64,000 bases of DNA, taken from positions 2,236,281 through 2,300,280 of the forward strand of contig CAJINV010000013.1 of NCBI GenBank assembly GCA_905178155.1, given 5' to 3'. Below, piece after piece: positions 35,908 through 47,700 of this stretch. Numbering within the stretch: position 1 is the stretch's first letter; each line of letters starts with the position of its first letter. The notes under the pieces were generated by a model that worked only from the letters and a program-made list of their open reading frames with translations, made no database searches and was not told where the DNA came from. This stretch comes from Amoebophrya sp. A120 (Eukaryota; Protista; Dinoflagellata). Made by a program: the position numbers and the translations under genes.

Positions 35908-36931
35908 AAGCAGGCGCGAGCGATAGGATATACAACTCGTCTAGCACCAGGATGGGGACCACGATTGAAGTAGAGGACATCAGGCGGACGACGACCCGAG
36001 TGCCGGTGGATACTGATTTTTTCTTGGACCGCAGGAACGAGCCGGTGGAGGGAAAGTGCGGTGGCTTCGCAGTGTTGGGCAGCTAGGACTCTCTTCACAT
36101 CAAGGAGGTCAACATGATCGCGCGCCAGAGCCTCACGCGGTCGCGGAGGCCGTGGGGAGGGGGGGAAAGCGGTAGGGTCGTGCTTCTGTTTGGTAAGAAG
36201 AAGAACTAGCTGGTCTAGTGTATGTAGCAATAAACATTGGAGCCAGGGCCACCAGATGCAGACGGGAAAAAGTCCGACTGTGGTTCATGGACCACAACCA
36301 GATGCAGATGGAAATACAACATGTATACGCGAGTAATGTCAAAGTGATGAATACCTGTACACTAGTGGGGATGAAAATCGACATTTTTCTGAAATGAACG
36401 GAGGGAATATGTTTATGTGTCAAATTCAAAGTCAATCAGGAGGACTTTCAGAACAAATTTAGATTCATCTACAACAAAACGCACTCCGCGAGCAGTGTCC
36501 TCATGCCTTGCGTGATCGGCGCACGACTCTGGATTTTATCGACGAAGTAGTTGAAGTTTGTATCATCTCGTCGTGTCATCTGCCGTCGTGAATCGTGATC
36601 GCCAAGTCCTCGCTTCCGTCGTTGTCCTTTCGTTTCGCCTAGAAGTGAGTGTTTGTGTCAATCGTGATGTTTGGTATTCGCTAAGAGCAACGAAGTTGAT
36701 GTCGTGTTGATAAGGCTCGACTCTTCTATCTCGCTTCGTCATCGTATCGGCTTCAAAGCGAATCGCCCCCACCTGAAACACGACAAAGGACAACTAAAAG
36801 AAGGTATCTTTTGTGACATAAATCGGAAGAACGCCAGTACCTTGTTAGGTGTAGAAACGACAAGAAGCCGCAGTTTGCGCGCTGTGCATCAGAGGCAGAT
36901 TGCGAACAGCAAGAGAAGCAAGTAAGAAGCA

Positions 36932-39576
36932 ATGGTGCAGCAGCATCACTCGCACAGTTCGCACGGCGAGGATTTCGGCGACGAGCATTACCGAAATGAC
37001 CACAGAAGTCACAGGAGAGGGTCCGGCGGACGCCACCGGCGCGGAAGCCGGAGCGGTAGGAGAAGCGCAGACACGAATGGTAGCAGTAGACACGGAGGTC
37101 ATTACCACCGACAAAATAAGCGCAGGAACGGCTACAACCTTCGTGCGTCGACGAGGCAACATTTCAGTGCAGGATCCTCTTCACACAGTCATCGAGATCA
37201 TGATGATTTTTACGACTCTGCTTTCGAAGACCCGTCGCTAGAGCAGCCTCTGGAACAGGAGCACTCGTTTTTGCAGAAGCTGCAGCACAGCACTGATGTC
37301 GAGAAGAAGAGAGAGGATCATGACGATGCCTCCTTGCAGCTAAAAAAAGGGCGTACTAGTGGATCTACGACTTCCGGTGGAACAAGCGCATCTTCGTCAT
37401 CCTCTGCCATGATAAGTACAACACTGAGTTCTAGTACCCCATCGAGAAACAACCTCCGCGGCAGCAGTAGCATCCACGCGGCGTCGTTGGTGCAGAAGAC
37501 CGCTGTTTTCGACGGCGGGCAAAACAATCCGCCGGCACCAGCTCCGGCAACTGCGGGAGCGGCGGATGGCGCTGCACCCGCACCGGCTCCGGCTCCAGCG
37601 TCACCCGCCCCGGCGCCGTCAAGCGCCGCGGAACCGACGGAAGGGGGAACCACGTGGTTTGGCTGTTTCACCGGGATTCTTGGTAGTCCGACGTACTTGG
37701 CCGTGACGATTGCAGTGGTGCTGCTCGTATTACTGGGGCTGTATTTCATCAACTGGAGAAGGTTTGGCTTAGTGAAACGGCTTTTAAGGTTCCTGCACTG
37801 GGACAATATGCACCAGGGAAAAAAGTGTGTCAGTGTAAGTCTGTGAAGATGCTGCAGAGAATGCAACTCGGTTGCAATTGTCATGTTCATCCATCAGTAG
37901 AGCGTGTTTATTTCATGTACGCTTGCACGTACCAGCAGCAGCAGCGCATGCCAAGTTTTCATTTGTCATGCTACTCAGTAGCAAAAAAGTTCTGCTAACA
38001 CAGTTTTTTCCCTTGATACACAAGTACGGGGATTTGGAGTTAACTGTCACTGTTCACGACTTGCAGTTGGAAATGCAGCGGGCCATAACCTCTGGGGACG
38101 CGACATGTATAGAAAAATGCAAACTAGAGACCTGCTTTCACTTCTTTTGCTCGATCACGTATATTCGTATTGTTTGGACAACCACACTGTGCCTTGTTGA
38201 TGAACGCAGAGAAGTCGTGATGTTGAAGAAAAAATTTTTCTTCAACATCACGACTTCTCAACATATCAAAACCGTTTTGATAGCGTTCCAAAAAGAACCG
38301 CGGCACTACTTACTACAGGTGCCGTGAAGATTGTTGCGGGCGGCCAGGAGTACTGGACCGAGCAGAAAGCGCACAATTACCACTACGAGCAGGCGTTTGA
38401 GGTGTTCGTACCGCAGGGCTACCGGAAAATTGTGGTCGAACTCTGGACGGTGTCGGGGTTTTTCAAGTCGAAGCACCGCACGGCACAGCGGATCATCGAT
38501 ATTCTGGAGGTGGTGGTTTCCCGCCGCCCCTACGGCTGCGTGCGGAAGGAGTGGTTCAGCCTGATGAAAAAGTCCGACGGGAGCAAAGACGCGGAAGAGT
38601 AAGTTTATTGGAAATTCTTGCATACAGCCTGCTTTTTTGTAGAAGTTGAAGAATTTTTGTATCATACTCCACCTGGTGTGTACTTTTTACGCATGATGTG
38701 TCCTGCCCGGTGTCTCGTGCCTCGACAAATGTTGAGTACGGCAGCTTTGCACTTCCTACTGAAACCAAACTGTATCAGATTCAAATCCGGCAAAGCGCAG
38801 CTTTCGATCCAGTACTCCGAGGATGTGCACAAAATCTCGGATGAGAAGGTGCAGATGCTCGAGCGCTTCACGGAGCACCCGGTTTCCCAGCCGATGAGTG
38901 CGGCTTTGTCGAAGGCGGTGGCGGGGCACTTGGAGAAAAAGATCAACGGCGTGGACGATTTACTGCCCATGATCGGCTCGTGCTGCGCCTGCGCCATCAA
39001 GTGGGTTTCCAAGTTTGGCTTTCCCAGGACAAAATACGCGGATGTGTTTTTAGCGAAAAACGCCAAGGGAAAAGATACCTGGTAATTTAGAAGGAGCTGG
39101 CTCTACCACTCACTGCATCTCTTGCGGCTTCGAATTTTTTTGCGCGCAAACTAAGTACTCGCACAGCTTCCTAATTCATATGCAGCTTCAGGTTTGAAAG
39201 AAAAGACGAACCTTTGCGCACTCGAAAAAATAAAAAAAGGTACTTCGCGATTTTCGAGTCCGAAAGCGCGCGGTCCCGGCGGTCGCTAACGGAGACCAAG
39301 GCCAGCGCGTCACTTTTGACCATTTCCGCACTTGTGCCGGATCCCAAAAAGCCGGGGTACGTGTGTCTCCAGTACCAGCCCTCGAAGAAGGCGGACATTC
39401 ACGATTTGTACTTCCAGGTCAAAGACGACAGCTCGAACACCATGGCAAGCATCGTCTGGATCGAAGCCATGCACGTCATGATCGAGTGCGTGCGGCGGCT
39501 CCGCATGCTCCAGCTCGAAAACAAGCGGAAGGAAATGGTGAACTCCCCGGTCGCGGGGCCACCCGCGATCGAGTAA
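36932..39576 (+). CDS. CERLI/RASP-like C2 + PH domain protein with transmembrane helix
   Basis: TM helix, then LLRFLHWDKYGDLELTVTVHD, VKIVAGG, YEQAFEVFVPQG (C2-like) and LLTISALVPDP...VWIEAMHVMI (PH-like). One introner plus GT-AG introns 38107-38318, 38599-38778, 39082-39239 (or 39191). Confidence 0.65.
37807..38018. mobile_element. Introner family E (212 bp), TSD (G/C)ACAA
   Basis: agggaaaaaagtgtgt / acacagttttttccct; removal gives WDKYGD. Confidence 0.85.
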
Positions 39577-40600
39577 AAGAACATGGGAGGCGAGGAACGC
39601 GAGAACAGTTGTCATACGTAGTTCAAGAAACACCCTTCTAGTACAATACGAATCTTTTGTGGACTGAACACAAGTATTAAAAGACGTATAGTTTTTCCGT
39701 TCGCTTGTTCTGTTTCTGTACTTACGTGTGTGATTTACAATACTTTGCTTGCAGCTCCATCCACTCTGCTAATTGTATCAATTCTGGCTCTTCTTGAAGT
39801 ATTTTCGCAGAAAATGAAAAATTAAGATCTCGGACGAGTTGTATCACACTGCGATGCGACAAAAATTGAAGCTCGACTGTATGTGCCTTGTATGATTTGT
39901 ACCACTTAGTTTGACTTGATTCGGTGTTGACCAGATATCGTTTTTGTTTCCGAGAAGACGAATCGCGCAACAGAAACAGTACATATCGTCCACCTCGAAT
40001 CTGGAAAGGTAAAAAATCACCCGGGAGCAGAACCTGCCGGGCTGAGCCTGACGCTCGCTCTGGAATCGGATAATAAATCCGTCGGGAGCAGCAGTAATAT
40101 CTTCCGCTCTCATCTCAGATGGTGGCGTCACGGAGCAGAAACCCTGCTATACCGACTCGGTAAATAGTACAGGAATCAACACACGGACGAGAGGACAAGC
40201 GCATTTGGACAGAGAAATTTTGAAGCTTGCCGGCGAGCGGGGTATCTATTTTTCACGATCGAATCATGACGAGTGTCGGAGTGGTGGTTTTTTTTTCCTT
40301 CGCACTGACTCGTCCTCCTGTGTGAGCGTCTTGATATCACGTCGCAAAGCTGCCTCCATTCAAAACGGTTTTTAAAGTTTTTTGCGCAAAAGAAATCAAG
40401 GCGTAAGTACCGAGTTGGATAGTCATAAATCCGACAGCTTACGAGGAGTACTATCAGGTCTGTGCGGCACGACTTCGACTAGCGAAGAGATTTGGGATGT
40501 GCTGTTGAGCAGTCAAAACTAAATTTCTAATCTGCCGCTGCTCATCGCCCACACAGTAAGTAGCTGGTTTCCGCTTAACACCCTTCGAAAAGGAACACTT

Positions 40601-41898
40601 ATGGGCGTTTTCTGTTTCCGCCTCCGTCCCTCTCCGACAGGGGTGAAGACGCGGTTTAAGTTTTTTCGCGAAGACACCTTTGAGGTCGAAGCGATCGAAG
40701 AGGTAGATAACAAACCGGAGCTTTTCGCGAAGCCACGACTCACGCAGGCGTTTGACCACTTGCCAACACTAGTGCTCCATGTCGAAATCTTCAACGAAGC
40801 CGAGGAAAGGGTAGACACCTGGGTGCTTGATGAGTTAGACAAGGACAAAATAGGCCAGGATTTTGATTCCACAGAAAAAACAAGAAATCTACTCTGCTTC
40901 GGGGATGTGAGCGAGTTGGCAAATCCAGTTCCGCCGCCCGTGGGGGAGGGAGTCGGCGTGGTATTTTCTGTGCGCAGGAAGGATAGTTCGTTTTAGCAAA
41001 GATGACTTTTAGTGTGCTGTGCAGAAGAGTGTAAGAAAGTACGAAGCCGGAGCTCTGGTTTATGAACTCAAGTCGCTGAATATGTGAAAGAAAAAACAGC
41101 CGAAGCGAGATGCGCAAGAATATCGGCAAGACGACGGCGCTTTGGAGGTGGAGTTTCGAACCTCGCAAACTAATCTCGGCCTGGAGCAAACGAAGGAAGA
41201 GGAACAAATCGCCGCTGCGGAAGCGGAGTTGCAGGTAAATAGTTAAAATTAGATTATTTTGAATGGCATAATTGAGATCCAAGAATGATTCGGATGCAGC
41301 ATGCCACATGTCGTTTGTCACATAAGTACTTACCTTGTGTTTCAAAAACCTGCGCCCAGTAGCGCCGTGGCCGTAGAGCAGTTGGCCAGTTTTTCCGAAC
41401 ATGAACAAATCATCAGGTGCCGCCAAAGTTGCATGAGTACTCTCTGACCCTGCGGGTCGACCGGTTGGCCGAGAGAATAGCGGAGTTGAGAAAATTGAAG
41501 CTGGAGATAGTGAAGGCAGAATTGATAAAAAGCGGCGCAGCAGGGAGTCTAACCGAGGAGGAGTGCCAGAAGTTTGTCACGGTATAGATTAGAAGTAGTA
41601 CGAAATAAAGTTTGCCGAAGTTTGTCATGCATGCAGTCAAAAAAAATTGAACTGCAACTGCAGGTAGCAATCGTGGGATCAACGAAAAAAATCACAAATA
41701 CAGGAAACGGAGTCAGACCTGTTGCAGAAAATAAGCTCCTTCCGTGCGGAAATGTTTGAGCCCTGGACAAATACGCAAGAGCGTGAACACGAGCGGACGG
41801 GGGTGGATTTGGGGAACATGCAGCGGTCCAGGAAAGAACACGTGGAGTCAGTGGACTTGCTTTCCCGCAGACTGCGAGAATTGGAGTTCCAAAGGTGA
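40601..41898 (+). CDS. Hypothetical acidic/coiled-coil protein, 4 exons
   Basis: Frame continuous after removing introner 40962-41122 plus 5 nt and GT-AG introns 41235-41416 and 41582-41727; ends RRLRELEFQR*. Confidence 0.55.
40962..41122. mobile_element. Short degenerate introner (161 bp)
   Basis: tattttctgtgcgca / tgcgcaagaata; frame restored. Confidence 0.6.
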
Positions 41899-44763
41899 AG
41901 GTGGAAGGATGAGGAGGCTTCAGAAGTTTCCGTAGCGCATTCAGTGCTGCAGCGAGTTGAGTTCGCACTTTTTGTATCAACGCACTCGGATGGACTAGCT
42001 TGTTCTTGCCATCCATAACTTGTTGAAGTGAAAATGTACCGTTTCCGGGATCGTTGCAATTACATCCCGTAGTTTTGACGCTTCAAATTAATGCTGTTGG
42101 TGTACAATGCAGGAGTTTGACACAGCTTCTTGGACTTTTGAACTTGATCACGAACTTTTCTTGTTGAGCAGAACTCTGTTCCCACTTGTTGGCCAAAATA
42201 TTGAACTTTGTTGATTGGTACAAAAAATGCACACGGTTAATGCAGTCGGTAAGATTACTCATTAGGATTAGGCACAAAGCAGGGAAGAGGCCCTGCCAGA
42301 GTCTGGCACTTGCCGGCTTTCGATGAAGGAGCGTAGATGTTCGCCAGCTTTGCCCCCTTCTCAGGGGGCCCCGTGTTTGTAGTTGTTTTCCGCTTTTGCA
42401 ACGCCCCGAAACGCAGAAGGCAGGACAGGGCCGCTGTCACGAAGCGGCGCCGCGATTGCGGGGGGGGAATTCTGCGCGACATCGGCAGCGCAGGCGCAGG
42501 GCCGCCGCACATGCCGGCGCGCATTCCGAAGGTATCAGGGCCGCCGTGCAGCATAGGGGCGCCCTGCCCGCCTACCGGCTTGATAGGCCCCGCGGTTCCA
42601 TCGTTTTCGGTTTCGCGGCTTTGGCGAAAATGAAGCGCCGGGGGGGCCGGAAGCAGTTCCCGGGGTTGCGCGTCATCACCCTCCGAGCTGGAGCCCGCGC
42701 AGATAGCGGAAGCGTTGGCCCTCCATCGTCAGCCTCCGAGCTGGGACTTCTGGAAGCTTGCGGGCCTGCTTTCACGGGACAAGGCCCGGAGGCGCGCGGC
42801 CGCGCTGTTTTTTCGGGACTACGATGGCGGCGGCCGTTTTCTGCAGCATTTCAGCAACGACGCTCCCGCGTTCGGCGCCCCATCCCCGAAGCCCCCCGGC
42901 CGGGCAGCACTTTTCCGGGGCCCTTGGCCTCCGGGTTGCCGGTGTGGAATAGGTAAGCTCAGCGGGGGCCGCCGGCGGCGCTAGGCGCCTTCCCGTGCCG
43001 CCTGCGCCCGGGAGGCTGCCGGCGGAAGCGGAAGGGAGGCGGGCGGGGGGCTGGGTATGCGCGCGCAAACTCCTGCCGCCCGTGTCACAGCCCGCGAACA
43101 GCGCGCCGGCTAAGGCGGGCGGCAGGCAGGGCGTCAGAGCCGCCGTCGCCCGTTCAGCAGTTGTTCTCGCAGATCCGGGCGCGGGTATAGGGCGCAGCGT
43201 GCTGGCTTCGGCTAGGCGAAGGAGGACAGCGGCAGCGCGGGGTGGTTGCTGGGCAATTGACCGCCCCGGGCTGGCTCAACTTGCGGGAAAACCACGGGGC
43301 GGGCGCGCGGAAATGGGGCCTGCCCCAGTATGGGCGGCCGGCTGCGCCAGTTCCCCGCGGCCGGAATCCCCGTCCCGCAGCATGCCCAGGCTTTCTTGGA
43401 CCTGGTCAACAGTGGCGCCCTGAAGAACCACGCGCCGATCTTTAGTGGATCGAGAGGCGGCCCGTGGCCTTGGAGTTCCCAGGGGGGTAAGGCGCCCCGC
43501 GTTCCGACCCAGACGGCTCGCCGCGCATGGGGTCGCATTGCGCCGCATGGGGCCGCGCGGAAGAACCCCAAGCGCCGGGCCGCTTGGCGGCCTGCGCCAT
43601 TGCTGCGCACGGACTGGCGCCACTGCGCCGCCGCTTTGCTGAAGTGCAGCGGGTGGCGAGGGCCTGCCGCGCACAGTCAGCCAGGGGCGGGGCCAGCGCA
43701 GCCGCCGCCGGCACGGAGCCGGGCCAGCCGGGCAGACTGGGCGGCGCGCGCCCGCGATGGGGGCGGCGCGCCCCGCATAGCTAACAGCAAGCCGCGGGGC
43801 CGCCGGGCGCAGGCGGCAGCGCGTGTGGCTGCGCCGCGCGGCCGGCCCGGGTGTGGCGCGGTTGAAAACGCGCATCGAAAAATTTCACGCGCCGCCTTCT
43901 AAATCTATACAGAACAACGCGGAAGCGGTGCAGTTTGTTCGTGGCGAAATAAACACGCCCGCGGACGCCAGCGGTTGTGTCGACAAGATCACGGCGATGG
44001 CGTGCGGAACTGCAGGCCAGGAGGACGCGCGCCGCCTGCGCCGTGGCGACCTTTGCCGGCGCTGCTCCTGCCCTGCGGCCGTGTGGTGCAAGGACCTGGA
44101 GAAGCTCCGCGCCGACGCGTGCGCGCGCTTGCTGGCAGAGAAGAGGCGGGACGTCTCAGCATTGGCGGCCCACTAGCGGGGCGGTCGGCAGCCGCCGGGC
44201 CCAGCGCGCGGCCTTCGCCCGCGCAATCAGCGCCCGCCCGCTGGCGAGCCCCACGAAGGGGCCGCGCGATCCCGGCAGCCCGGGAACTGAGGCGTGCCGC
44301 GCCTGTGCGCTTTGCCTCTTATTGTCCGCCGCCGCGACGCGGCGCAATTGGATTGCGGGCCCGCTCGGTGTCGGTGGTTGCCGCCTCAGTCTCCGGCGGG
44401 GGTAGGAGCACGGCGCCCGCCCCCACCGCTTTGCGCAGTTTCGGAGTGCTCTCAAATGCCTGCCGTGTGCCTGCTGCAGCTCGCTTCCTTTAAGTGCCCC
44501 CCTTTGCGCGGCCAAGAACCGCGCACACCCCACACTCATTTTTTGTGAGGCAAAAAGTCACACAGTTTTGCATTGTGTTCAGGCGGCTATGCTGCAGTGC
44601 GCACGGCACTTGCGCGCGCACTTCTTTTGATCTTCGACGCCCGTTCATTGTTTTGCTGCTGCCGCTCCTCTACAACTGGAACTACCCAAACATCTTTTGT
44701 GAATAATCTCAACTAGCCGTAGCCCTATCAAAAACCAGACTCGCACAATCCCCGCCCGAAGTG

Positions 44764-47700
44764 ATGGCCGGCCCCTCGTCGCGGGGGCACCAGCAGCCGA
44801 CCTCGGGCGGCGCGTCCGCCGCCGCGTCCCAGCAGGGCCAGCGGGGTTTGGTCCCCAATAAGGCTGGCCCCTCCGCCCGGGCCGCGACGAACTACCACTA
44901 CCGGGGCACAACGACCGCGGACTCCTGGCAGCACCCCTTCGTGTCCATCTTCAAGAAGTTTGCTCATTTGATCCACAAGCAGGGCGACTGCCAGGAGGAC
45001 CTCGATGCGGTCATCTCGAAGCGGGTCTTCAAAATCTCCGGTGCCATTTCCGCCAACAACTACGTCCAGGTCCCCGGGGCGGCCAGCTCCAGCTCGAATT
45101 CCCGCAGTCGCGAGCGGTCTGTGTCCACCACAGCAGCCTCCGCGACCCGCTCCCTGAACCTCACGGGGGAGTACCTCTACGTGCAGCTGCGCACGCACTC
45201 CAGCCGGTTCTTCAACGTGCATTTGGATTTTCAGGTGGCCGACCGGAACATAATGGAAAGAATCACCTTGACGAACATGGTGAAGGACATCCAGCAGCAG
45301 GCAAGGGTGATCTTGTACCCACTGCATCTCGACCAGGCGAACGTCTCCGCTACTGTAGAAGCAAGTGCAAGCGGAAATAAGGCTGGCGCGCAAGGAAGCG
45401 ACAGCTGGGCCACGGTGTGCGTCCACGTGCCGTCGGTGTTGAAGCTGTTCTCGTCTCTCGGCGGAAATGCGCACTTGATGCCGCACGCGCACGTGTTGAA
45501 GAGCGTGCAGATCTGCGCGACCTGTGTCGTCAGGAACATTTTCACCAGCGACATGTGCTTCTCCTGCCACGCGGAATTGCCGAGGGAAATGAAACTGACG
45601 CAGAAGGTACTTGCATTTCAGTATACAGGACTAATATGCACCGATTTGGAAAACAATGACAGGACCAGGACGCATAGCGAAGACAACGAGGCAACACACA
45701 CATAGTCCTCTTCCGATTCCCTCGTCTTTATTGCAATGGTACAGCAGCTGCTCTGATGTCGTGCAAAAAGTACGTTTGCTGTTACTTTAAAAAATCAGGA
45801 ATCCAGTGCGGCATTGGTGAGCAATTGGATCAACATTCCTGCGTCGATTGGTACAACGGCAGGGGGTACAACTTCCAAGATGGCCGCACCAGCCTTGAAA
45901 AATAAATCAGCGGAGAACACGGGCGGAAACGGGGTCTCCTTCCTGAGCAACCCAGTCGGTATAATGTCTGGCACTTCCGCTTCCGAATTTGGTGCGGGAG
46001 TGCGACCCGCCCGGCAGCAGCAACTCGCCGAGCAGCTACACGTCGGTAATATGAACACGATCAATCAGACCCTCGACGCAAGTACGATCATGGGCTCGGC
46101 CAGCGAGATTATGGAACAGTCGAACTACTTGACGCAACAGTCGACGAAGATCGCGATCAACACCGGTCCACAACAGGCGCAAGCGTTCGCGAACCAGCAG
46201 CAGGGGACTTCACAGAGCCAAAAGCTGCTTCCCGACCCGCTCCTAGAGGTATCGAACCTGCTCGGGGTGTCCGCGGGGAGCAAAAACATGGCTTTCTGGC
46301 TCGGCGATTCCGGGCGCATCGTCTTCGCGAGCGCGTCCGCGCTGATCGTCATGCCGATAGGAGGACCCACGAATGCTGTAGACGAAAGTTCGTTCGTCGA
46401 GACCGCTGCTATTGGCTTCGACCGCACGCCCATGACTCTGTTTGGACACACAAAACCGATCTCCCTACTCATGACCTCCGCAGCCGGGGACTGGATTGCG
46501 AGCGTACAACAAGGAAGTAGTACAACTTCGGCGGGAGGTGCTGGTGAAGCGACTGGTACTACGAGTAAAGCAGCAGCAGTAGCAGCAATTCCAGGCGGGG
46601 ATCAAGCGACTTCCTCTACGCCTTCCGTCCGCCTCTGGCATGTGGCGAATGTGAAGTTTTCCCGGCCGAAGTGTGTGACCATTCTGTCCTGCCAGTCGCT
46701 GCTGGTGATCAAGCAGATGGCGTTTGACCCCTGGAGCAAGTACCTTGCGATCGCCGGAATCGACACGCAGCGGCGACAGCAGATCTTCGTCTGGGATATC
46801 GGTCGTGTGACGCGAGGAAACAATGCGGTGCTGTACGCGCGGCAGATGAGTGATTGGGACTTGAACGCGATCAAATTCTCCCCCTACGAGGATCTAAAAC
46901 TTGTTACCTGCGGCAAGGAAAACATCCGGTTCTGGCGCGTGAAGGACGCGCACCTCCCGGGTCAGAGCGTCACTTTGAATAGCCTCGCCCGGAACACGGT
47001 GTTCACGGACCTGTGCTTTGAAGCGAACATCAAAAAAGACCGGGGCGAGGCGTTTGTCGGTATAGAAGTTGTCGTACACAACTACCGGGTTTTTATTTCA
47101 TCTGTATTGGTTCTTCGGACTCCAGCTGTAGTGCATGATGTGTGGCGGTGATATTGATCGTAGGTTTCGTCCGATCATGCGTACGTAAACAAGAAACTAT
47201 TCTATACTAAGAATAAAATCTTTGTTCTAGGGGCCGACACCTCCCTGGGTTACAATCTGAACGTGTTCGTCGCGACCCAAGCGGGCGAGGTTGCGGTCGT
47301 CTCCTACAAGGACCGACAGGTGCTGATGCTGCACAAGCTGCACAATTCGCCCATCACCGCGATCTCGGCGACCGACAGCTTCTGCGTCACCGCCGCGGAG
47401 GACAAGTACATCCGGGTTTGTATTACAGTGAAAAATGCCCCCACCCCCAAAGTTGCAACAACTTGTGATGCGAAGTTTCCAAATGAAAACTTTTTGTCAT
47501 GCATTGAAGGAGTCTGAACCTTTCTGATGCAGAGTCTAGGCGTGTATCGCATCGCTTGCATGACAAGCTCCGCTCTTGCTGGGGTCTTTTGCAATACAAA
47601 TTTTTGCTATTGACGATTGGAAACCTGTGCTGCTGATAGATGCATGAGGGCGAATGTTTCATTTGGAAAGGTTTGCAATACAAATGCTCCCAAGTTCGGG

